The notes under the pieces: model-generated | Told to the model about the DNA's origin: nothing | The model's database searches: none | Seen by the model: only the letters and a program-made list of their open reading frames with translations | Translations under genes and position numbers: made by a program | Assembly (NCBI GenBank): GCA_001724265.1 | Contig: MEDY01000209.1 | Span: 62,001-97,279, forward strand | Length of the DNA stretch: 35,279 nucleotides | From: Rhizaria sp. SCN 62-66 | Taxonomy: Eukaryota | Reading direction: 5' to 3' | Shown: positions 26,905-35,279 of the stretch, one piece after another | Numbering within the stretch: the first letter of the stretch is position 1 | Layout of the letters: every line of letters begins with the position of its first letter

Positions 26905-28398
26905 ATGCAGGCTGATCGGAGTTCGGCTGCTCGTCCATCTGCCCAATCCGCCCACGTGCGCTCCGAGAGCGACGACGACGATGATTTCGAGGTCCTCATT
27001 GTTGACCCCACTACAGGTGTTGCCTCCGCCCCGCCCGCCTCATCGTCCACGTCTCGCCCTCCCCGCACGCGCAACGGCCTCTTCCACACCACCATTTCCG
27101 CCCCCGCGCCCTCGAGCGCGCCCACCGCGCCCGCGCTGCCCGCGCTCTCCGCGCAAACGGCGGCGTCTGCGCTCGCGCAGTTCGCGGAGACGGCGCTGCA
27201 GACAGTTCTGAGTGCGCGCCGCGTCTACCCACCGTCGTGCTTCGAGGCGCGTGCTGCCCCCGGCGGCGCCCTGGTCCCCGCGGCGCGACACCCGCTGCTG
27301 CAGGCCTACCTCGCGCGGCTCTCTGCGCTCGTGCAGCAGCGCGTCGCGGGGCCCGGGCACTACCGTCTCATTGTGCCGCTGCTGCCGCCCGCCAAGGCCA
27401 CTGCCACGCCCGTCGTCGCCATGGCGCCAGCCGCGATGACTGATGCAGACGCAGACACATATTCGAGCTCGAGCTCGAGCTCTAGTGCCGGCGCAAACGC
27501 TCATGCAACTCCTATCGACGTCACAGAAGCTGCATCTGCCTCTTCATCGAGTGTTAGCGCGAGTGCGAGCGCAAGCGTCGCTCCAGATGGGACTCCTAGC
27601 ACAAATGCAGGTACACATGCAGGTACACATGCAGGTCCACAGGTTGCTGTAGCGGTGGCGTATCCCACGCTGCTACCGTTGGAACGCTTCGTGTTTGACC
27701 TGACCATTAGTGCGCCGCGCCTTATCTCTTCGCAGTCCACAGCAACAGCGCCAGCAACAGCGACAGCAGCGGAGGTTGATGCGGCAGAGACAGAAACAGA
27801 ATCCATGCTCCTGCCGCTGCCGCTGCCGCTGCTGCCCGCGTCTGCACTGTCCGAGCTGCAGACGCACCTCTGCATTGCGCTCACCCGGCTGGGCACCCTC
27901 GCGCGCGCGGGGCTGCGCCGGCCCTCTGTTCCACGCGGCAGTTCCTTCCGACTCCTGCTGTGCGACAACAGCGACGCCGTCAAGAGCAACAACTCTGGGG
28001 GCGGCGGCGCTGCGGTCGTGGCCTCTGCGGCGGGCCTGCTCGCCGCGAGCGCGGGCCCGTCCGCGGCCAGCGACTGTAGCGACTGCAGCGACTACGGCGA
28101 CTGCTGCCCCGCCGCTTGTGGCCGTGCGCGGCCTTCGGGGCGGCTGATCGTCGCGGGACCTGGCGCCCTCGTGGCGCCGGCGGCCGCGCGCACCGTGCGG
28201 CCCGCGCACGACTTCGCGTGGCAGTACCGCGCGCCGCTGCAGACGCGCGCGCACAGGGCCGCGGGCGGCGCGGCGGGCTTGGGCGCCAGCGCCAGCGCGA
28301 GTGCGAGCGCGAGCACGGGAGCGACTGGGGTGCTGTGGGTGACTGGGGAAGTGCATGTGGCTGTGTTTGCGGAGGAGTTCGAACTCGAAGACGAGTAA
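26905..28398 (+). CDS. REV7: HORMA-domain protein REV7/MAD2L2 (DNA polymerase zeta accessory subunit), enlarged by low-complexity inserts (497 aa)
   Basis: LAQFAETALQTVLSARRVYPPSCFEAR..ARHPLLQAYL (cf. [37 protein letters not shown]), PLERFVFDL (cf. PVEKFVFEI), PRGSSFRLLL (cf. PPGCTFTVLV), terminal VAVFAEE (cf. MQLYVEE). Confidence 0.85.
   Translation: MQADRSSAARPSAQSAHVRSESDDDDDFEVLIVDPTTGVASAPPASSSTSRPPRTRNGLFHTTISAPAPSSAPTAPALPALSAQTAASALAQFAETALQTVLSARRVYPPSCFEARAAPGGALVPAARHPLLQAYLARLSALVQQRVAGPGHYRLIVPLLPPAKATATPVVAMAPAAMTDADADTYSSSSSSSSAGANAHATPIDVTEAASASSSSVSASASASVAPDGTPSTNAGTHAGTHAGPQVAVAVAYPTLLPLERFVFDLTISAPRLISSQSTATAPATATAAEVDAAETETESMLLPLPLPLLPASALSELQTHLCIALTRLGTLARAGLRRPSVPRGSSFRLLLCDNSDAVKSNNSGGGGAAVVASAAGLLAASAGPSAASDCSDCSDYGDCCPAACGRARPSGRLIVAGPGALVAPAAARTVRPAHDFAWQYRAPLQTRAHRAAGGAAGLGASASASASASTGATGVLWVTGEVHVAVFAEEFELEDE
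27605..27640 (+). repeat. In-frame 12-bp coding minisatellite in the REV7 insertion
   Basis: ATGCAGGTACAC x2 + ATGCAGGTCCAC, encoding AGTHAGTHAGP. Confidence 0.85.
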
Positions 28399-28763
28399 TG
28401 AGTCAAATACACAAAAATATCCAGTAGTTTATATATATGTACTGGAATAATCTTGGAAAGTGAAAACCACATGTCGCATCAAGTCAAGATGGTCAATTTT
28501 CGGCCACGCTAGACTGCACAGCCGGCCGGCGACTGAGCGGGGTGGCTCAGTCGAGAGAAAGGGCAAGTCCTCAAACGGTCAAGTCGAGGCCATTCCGTTT
28601 CTTCACTTATACCACGTCCACAGTGATAAAGATGCGGTGATACACTCTGGAGGACTATTTTCGAGAGATTTCCATATAATATTCTTATAAAACCCGTTAG
28701 GCTTAGGGATTAGTGTTGAACTAGCATAGCCGCGATGTTGCCTTGCCCGTTTCTTTTCTTGCC

Positions 28764-28809
28764 CTCACACTCCCTTCCTTTCTCAATGCCCCTGCTCTTC
28801 CTGGCCCAG
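28764..28809 (+). promoter_or_regulatory. 3' splice acceptor-like module upstream of the B-box gene
   Basis: CTCACACTCCCTTCCTTTCTCAATGCCCCTGCTCTTCCTGGCCCAG; no ATG between the CAG and 28890. Confidence 0.6.
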
Positions 28810-28889
28810 TTTTAGACCTTAAACCCGCATTAGATTGCCCTTCTTCCACACAAAACCGGCCTCCTTGCGCCTACGCTCCTCCCAGCCCC

Positions 28890-31334
28890 ATGTCTTGCGA
28901 GCTTTGCGAAGACAACGACATTACTGTCAACTGCGTCACCTGTGGCCAGGGCTTCTGCGATGACTGCGACAATGACATGCACAACAGCGCCTCCATGAAG
29001 GCGCACAAGCGTAACCGCATCGGCGCTGCTGCAGAGACCAAGTCCGCGACCCCCGCTCCGGCCCCTGCAGCTACGCCTGCGCCCGCGCCCGCTCCCGTCG
29101 CCACTCCAGCGCCAGCGCCAGCGCCGGTGCCAGTGCCGTCCCCGCCTGCTGCGGCTGCCACACCGGTCCCGGCCGCGGCCCCGCGCTCGTCTATCTCCGC
29201 CGGTGCGCCCGCGCCCATTGCGGAGGCGCCCGCGGCAGCGGCCGGGGGCGGGCCCGTGTGCGACATGTGCGACGAGTGCCCCGCCGCCGTGTCATGCGCA
29301 GACTGCTCGCAGAACTTCTGCACCATTAACAACTGCGACGCTGAGATGCACGCGAACCTCCCGCGCCACGTCCGCAAGCCTATCGGCGCCTCCGCGCCTG
29401 CAGCCGCCCCCGCGCCCGCCGCCGCCGCCACGCCCGCGCCCGCGCCCGCGCCGGTGCCCGCAGCTGCCCCGACCCCTGCCCCGGCACCGGTGCCATCTCC
29501 CACCCCCGCCCCCGCCCCCGCGCCTGCTACGCTTGCGGCTGCGCCAGCCCCTCTGCAGATCCCGACCCCGGCCCCCGCGCCGCCGACTCCCGCGCCCGCG
29601 CCCGTGCCCGCGCCCGCCACGCCCGCGCCGGCCCCCGCCGCGGTCGCCACCCCGGCCCCCCATCCGCCGACTCCGGCCCCCGCGCCTGTGCCCGCGCCCG
29701 TGGCCCCCACGCCTGCTCCTGTTGCACACACCCCGGTCCCGGTTCCGGCCCCCGCGCACGCCGCAGTGGCGCCCTTGCACGCCCCCACGCCCGCGCCCGC
29801 GGCAGCCCCATCCGGCGCTGACTCGGCCGCACTCCGTGCCGAGGCTGACTCGCTCCGCGCGGCGCTGGCCGCGGCACAGCACGACGCTGCCGCGGCCCAC
29901 GCGCGCGCTGACACCGCCGAAGCCGCGCGCGTGGACGCCGAGGCCCGCGCGCAGCACCTGCAGGCGCAGGCGTATGCCGCCGAGGCCCGCGCCGCCGCCG
30001 CTGAGAGCGACCTCTCGCTCACCCGCGTACAGCTCGCCTCGGCGCAGGCCGCCGCCGCCGCCGCCGCGTCCTCGGGGCACGGACACGCCGCGCCGGGGCC
30101 CAGCGCCGCGCCGACGCCGCGGCCGGACGTGGGCGCGCAGTACGCGGCGACGACGGCGGAGCTGGCAGCCACGCGCGCCGCCCTCGCGCACGCCACGAAT
30201 CAGGTCGCCGAGCTCCAGGTTCAGCTCGCCAACGCAAACGCCTCCCTCGCCGCCGCCGCGCGCGCCTCGCCCGCCGCGGCCGGCCCCCACGGGCAGCCGC
30301 AGCCGCACGCGCCGACGCCGCAGCACGGCGCCCCCGCGGGGGGCGACGCCAACGCCGCGGTGTCGGCGCTGCTGGTGGAGAAGTCGCACCTGTCGACGCG
30401 CGTGTCCGAGCTGGACTCGCAGGTGAGCGCCAACAACGCGCTCATCGCGGCGCAGCAGCAGCAGATCTCGTCGCTCCAGGCGCAGCTGGCCAACACCAAG
30501 TCGTTCCTCGCCACCGCCACCGAGGCGCACTCGACCGCGCTCGTCCCCATGCACGGCGGCAGCGGCCACGGCGGCGGCTACGGCGGCAGCAGCGGCGCCG
30601 GCGCGGCCGCGGTGACCGAGCTGGAGCGCGCGGCGGCGCACCAGGCGCTGTCGGAGCTGGCGCAGAAGCAGATGGAGCGGCTCTCCGTGCTCGAGCAGCT
30701 CGTGTCGTCGCACGCCGCGGCCAAGCAGTCGTTGTCGGCGGCGCTGGCCAAGGCCGAGGGTGAGCTCGCCGGGCTCACGGGCAAGTACTCGACGCTGGTG
30801 CACCAGTACCAACGGCTGAAGCTGCAGGTCCAGGCCGGCGCGACGGGCGTGGACCTCACGGCCGTGGCGCTCGTCGACCAAGACAAGACCAAGGAGGAGC
30901 TGGTGGCCGAGCTGCAGTTCCTGCGTAAGACGCTCACGGGCAAGGACTCGTCGTTCCGCCGCCTGATCCGCCACAAGGACCGCGAGTACCACCTCACGGA
31001 CCAGGCGCGCCGCCTCGACCACATCGTCGCGCTCGTCGTCGCATGGGGCGCCGCCCAACAGCAGCAGGGCGGCGGCGGCAGCAGCGGCGCCGCAGGCGAC
31101 GACTGGCTGCCCGTGGGCGGCGCCCAGGGCGGCGGCGCGCGCGTGCAGGAGCTCATCAGCGAGGTAGTCGACATCACCATCGACAAGACGCAGACGCTCG
31201 AGCAGCACCTCAAGTTCGCGCAGTCGCTGCTCATGCAGCTGCCGCCGCGAGTGGTGGCCAGCCTCGCGCCCGCCGTGGCCGACTACCAGATGATGGTCGC
31301 CACCTCGGCCAAGTATCGCGAGCACCTGCTGACG

Positions 31335-31372
<38 letters not shown>

Positions 31373-33017
31373 GCAGCTGCCGCCTTCGCTCGCGTCCATC
31401 ATCGGCGGCATCCAGGCCCAGAAGGCCGCGCTCGCCCGCGGCGCCGCGCCCGGCGGCCTCCTCGTCAACAGCAGCGGCAGCGGCGCCCCCGCCGGCGCCG
31501 GCGCCCCGGGGCTGCCGCGCTTCGACGTCTGGGCCAGCGAGGCCACGCGCTTCGCGCCGCAGACGCCCCACGCCGCCGCGTTCTCGGCCATGCACCCTTA
31601 CGCGCCGCAGCCGCAGGCGCAGCAGCAGCCGCTGTCGCTGCAGCGAGGCCCCGGCGGCGACGCCGTGGGCGAGGCGTACCCGTACAGCGGCGTCGGCATC
31701 GGCGCGGGTCTCTACGCCTCGGTGCCGCCGCAGGGCCCCGCGGGCGGCAACGGCGGCCGGCCCTACACCGCGGGCGCCAACCCCTACGAGCACCAGCAGC
31801 AGCACCAGCAGCAGCCGCAGCAGCCGCCGCAGCCGCAGGGCATGCAGCCGCGCGGTGGCAACGGCGGGCACTACTACCCGCCGCAGCCCACGCACGAGCC
31901 GCTCTACGCCGCGTACAACAACCACCAGCACGCGCAGGCGCAGGCGCACGCGCAGCAGCACCACGGCTCGCCCCGCGGCGGCTACTACGACGATCGTGAC
32001 CGTGACCGTGAGCGCATGGGCCGCTCGCAGCCGATCCAGGGCCCCGCGGCGGCGCCTGCGTCGTCTGCGCGCGGGAACCCGCGGTACGGCCGCGGCGACG
32101 ACGGCGGCGACGAGGACTGGGACCGCGAGGCGCGCCCCGTCTCGCATCACGGGTCCGCCGGCCCCCGCGGTGACCGCAACGACCGCGGCGACCGCAACCT
32201 CGAGCGCGGCTACGACCGCGAGCGCGACCGTGGCTATGACCGCGAGCGTGATCGTGAGCGTGAGCGTGGGTACGAGCGCGAGCGCGACTACGACAACGGC
32301 AGCAGCAGCGGCAGCTACGCGCCGCAGCACTCCGGCCGCAGCCACCGCTCGCACGCGCCGTCGTCGCCGCCGCACTCGGCGGCCGCGCGCCGGCCCGCGT
32401 CTGCGCGCGCGCCGCCGGCGCCGCAGGGCAGCAGCGACAGCTACGACCGCGAGCGCGAGCGCGACTTCAGCGCGACAGCCGACGGCTACGGCCGCGGCCC
32501 GCTGCCCGAGCGCCGTCCCGCGCAGCCGCAGGCGCCGCCAATGTCACACTCGCAGCCCGCGGCCTCGGCCTCCGCTTCCGCGGCGGCGCCGCGCCGCGGC
32601 AACGCCGGCGCCGACGCGGGCGTCCATCCCGCCGTCGCACGCGCCGCCGCGGCGGGCTATCTGCCCCCGCAGAGCACCGGCGGCGGCGGCAACGGCGGCG
32701 CTCGCCGCGGGCCCGCGAGCCGGGAGGAGGCGTGGGACGACCGCCCGTCGTCGGCCTCCCAGCCGCAGTCGCAGGCACCGCAGCACCGCGGGTACCGCCA
32801 GCGCCGCGGCCCCGCGCCGCAGCAGCCGCCGCCGCCGCAGCAGCAGCCGGAGTTCGAGGACGAGGCCGTCGACCGCAGCTTCGAGAGCGGCTTCGACTAC
32901 GGCGGCAACGCCCCCCACGGTGGCAACGGCGGCCGCTACGACCAGAGGCGCGGTGGCTATGCCGCGAGCCCCTACGGCAACGCTGATGGACTCGTTGATG
33001 CTTCGCGCGACTATTGA
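28890..33017 (+). CDS. Protein with two B-box-type zinc fingers, Pro/Ala repeats, coiled coils and a Gln/Gly/Tyr/Arg-Asp-rich disordered C-terminus (1375 aa)
   Basis: CELCEDNDITVNCVTCGQGFCDDCDNDMHNSASMKAHKR (from 28896) and CDMCDECPAAVSCADCSQNFCTINNCDAEMHANLPRHVR (from 29259); heptad-rich helices ~29830-30950; poly-Q. First in-frame ATG is 28890; the track start at 28743 is TTG. Confidence 0.85.
31335..31376 (+). repeat. CAG/CAA repeat encoding Q14
   Basis: Read directly in the B-box gene. Confidence 0.9.
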
Positions 33018-33329
33018 TCAGCACTTTTCTGACGTTTTGTAATGTCTCCGTGTTTCATTCACTGCAGTGATCGATTTTGACTCGAAAATAGTTTTAGTTG
33101 TATTTCTTTATTTTAATCTGATTTAGTTTTCCTGTATATTCCTTGTTTCACACTATTATCTTGCCTTGTTCGGCGCGTGTGGCCGTGCATGCATGACAGT
33201 GACCGTTTTACGTATTTCATCATTATACACAATCACATTTTTTTCACACACGATCCTGTTTCAGAGTAAACTACATAATATCATCAATCTCAATAACCAA
33301 GGAGTGCTATTGCCGTCACAGCGCCGATT

Positions 33330-34217
33330 TTACCAGCGCTGGAACGCGTAGGACGCGCGCGTGCCGACATCGACCTTCTGGGGCTTCTTCTTCTGCAGCA
33401 TCATCAGCAGTCCCGTGTCGGCAGCCTCACTGACCTTAGTCACGGCCGCGGCGTCGACCTCGGTCGCGCGCGTCCCACGCACGCTCACGGGCGCCGTGCC
33501 CAGCCGCTCTGCGCCTGGCAGCGCGCGCGGCACCAGCGGCTTCGCTTCCGGCTCCGCGTCCGAGTCCGCGGCGACGTAGTGCGACGAGTCCCGAAGCAGC
33601 ATCTTGCGCTCCTCGCGCGCGGCCGCCGCGGCGGCCTTGGCGGCGGCCTCCTTGGCCCTGAGGCGGTCCGCGCGGCGCTGCTTCGCGTCACTGTCGCTGC
33701 TGCTGTCGCTACTGCTGTAGCTGCGCCCGGCGGTGCGGCGGATGACCTTGCGCACGGGCGTCGCAGCGGGCGCGGCGACAGGCTTCTTCGCATCGGCCTT
33801 GGCCTTGGCCTTGGCCGCAGCAGCGGCAGCTGTAGCGGCGGCGGCGGCCTTGCTCTTGCGCTTCTCAGCCTCGCTGTCACTGCTGCTGGAGCTCGAGCTG
33901 TCGCTGTCTCTACCGCTGTAGTTGCGCGCGACGACGGGGCGCGCGGTGGCAGCGACGGGCCGCAGCACCGCGGCGGGCGCGGCGGTGGCGGCGTCGGGCA
34001 GCGCGAACGTGGGCTGCTTGACCGGCACCACCACCACGGGCGGCGCGGGCGCGCGCTTCTTGGCGGCGGGCTTCACGTCGCTCTCGCTGCTGCTGCTCGA
34101 GCTGCTGCTCTCGCTATACTTGGAGGCGGCGGGCTTCTTGGCCGTGACAGGGGCAGGAGCAGCAGCTGCGGGCTTCTTGATAGGAGCGGGCTTGCTGTCA
34201 CTGTCACTGCTGCTCGA

Positions 34218-34253
<36 letters not shown>

Positions 34254-35279
34254 GCTCTTCGCAGCGGGCTTGGCAGCGGGCGCGGCGACAACAGGCTTCT
34301 TGGGAGCGGGCTCGTCGCTCTCACTGCTGCTGTTGCTGCTGCTGTTGCTGCTCGACGAGGCGGCCTTCTTCACAGGCGCAGCGACGACAGGCTTCTTGGC
34401 GACAGGCTTGGCGGGCTCGCTATCGCTAGTGCTGCTGCTGGTGCTGCTGCTGTCACTACTCGAAGCGGGCCTCTTAGCGGGCGCGGCGGCGACAGGCTTG
34501 CTCAAAACGGGCCTCGCGGGCTCGCTGTCACTGCTGCTGCTGCTAGAGCTGGAGCTCGAGTCGGTGTCGCTTTTCCTGGAGAGAAGAGCAGGAATAGGAG
34601 CGGGGGCGACCGCCGCGGCCCTGAAGGCGGGCTTCTTGGCGGGCACGTCGCTGTCGCTGTCGCTGTCGCTGCTCTCGGTGCTGCTGGCGCTGCTGCTGGC
34701 GCGCTTCGGCTTGGGCTTCAGGTCGCCAGCGGCAGGAGCAGCAGCAGCAGCAGCAAGCTTGGCGGCCTCGGGCTTAGCCTTGGCCTTCGGAGCTTCGCTG
34801 TCGCTGCTGCTGCTGCTGCTGCCGCTGTCGCTGCTGTCGTTGCCGCTCTCGCGCTCGTCGTCCGTGTCAGAGCCGGAGCCGGAGCCAGACTCCGAGCTCG
34901 AGCTCGAGCCAGAGCCGGAGTCGGAGCTGGAGCCAGCGGCCTCCGCGTCGGATTCGGCCTCGGACTCGGAGCGCACGCCGTCGTCGCCGCCGCTGCCGCT
35001 GGCGACGCCGTGGATGACGTCGAACACCAGCCCCGCCAGCGTCGCGCGCCGGCGCGCCGCGTCCACGAGCCCGGCGCGCTTGGCGCCCGTCATCGCGGCC
35101 TCGCCCCCGCCCGCGGCGCCGGCGTTGGCACTCGTCGTGGCGCCGTCGACCGCATCGGCGACGGTGTCAGCGCGCGCGTCGGCCAGCGCGGCCACGCGCT
35201 CGAGCTGCGTCTGCGCGCCGGCCACGACGGGCGCCAGCGCGCGGTCGACGGCGCGCGCCCAGTCGCGGGCCGTGCCGTC
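33330..35279 (-). CDS. 5'-partial protein with alternating Ser/Asp clusters and Lys/Pro/Ala tracts (Nopp140/treacle/SRP40-like composition; probably nucleolar)
   Basis: The frame stays open from 35279 (DGTARDWARAVDRALAPVVAGAQ...) to TAA at 33332-33330. About ten SSSSSSDSD/E + KPAAKKPA blocks, then a non-repetitive C-terminal LLMMLQKKKPQKVDVGTRASYAFQRW. Confidence 0.75.

Noticed and set aside
1-28398. Functional clustering of CTC1 and REV7 (shieldin-CST pathway), or of HemF with a PAS sensor
   Set aside because: The genes are separated by unrelated ones, no other pathway members are present, and the PAS appears to lack the heme His. Coincidental linkage is sufficient.
28697-28715. Telomere-like TTAGGC TTAGGG ATTAGTG
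   Set aside because: Only one exact TTAGGG; compatible with chance.
1-35279. Alternative genetic code or kinetoplastid-type polycistronic organisation
   Set aside because: All CDSs read through without internal stops and end in TAA or TGA. Strand changes at 6 of 8 gene boundaries.

Overview
Gene-dense eukaryotic (protist-like) nuclear DNA. Coding regions are very GC-rich and apparently intron-free, the spacers are more AT-rich, the code looks standard (TAA and TGA stops) and strands switch often. Nine CDS are supported: (1) a >1790-aa minus-strand CTC1-like OB-fold protein that runs off the left edge and is missing from the ORF track; (2) mitochondrion-targeted coproporphyrinogen III oxidase (HemF/CPOX); (3) a membrane-anchored, probably non-catalytic trehalose-6-phosphate-synthase-like protein with no phosphatase domain; (4) a small, strongly codon-biased single-TM mitochondrial protein; (5) a PI3K class IB regulatory subunit (p101/p84)-like protein; (6) a TmcB/TmcC-like multi-pass PAS sensor; (7) REV7/MAD2L2; (8) a double B-box/coiled-coil protein; (9) the 3' part of a Nopp140-like Ser/Lys/Ala/Pro repeat protein. 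The most striking pattern: all eight genes whose 5' ends are visible have an upstream (C/T/A)TCAC + pyrimidine tract + AG module resembling a 3' splice acceptor, although the CDSs (up to 7 kb) are uninterrupted. This fits spliced-leader trans-splicing or a universal 5'-UTR intron. A 2.1-kb spacer holds a very AT-rich core flanked by several short tandem duplications. All family calls come from motif recognition by eye, not database searches.
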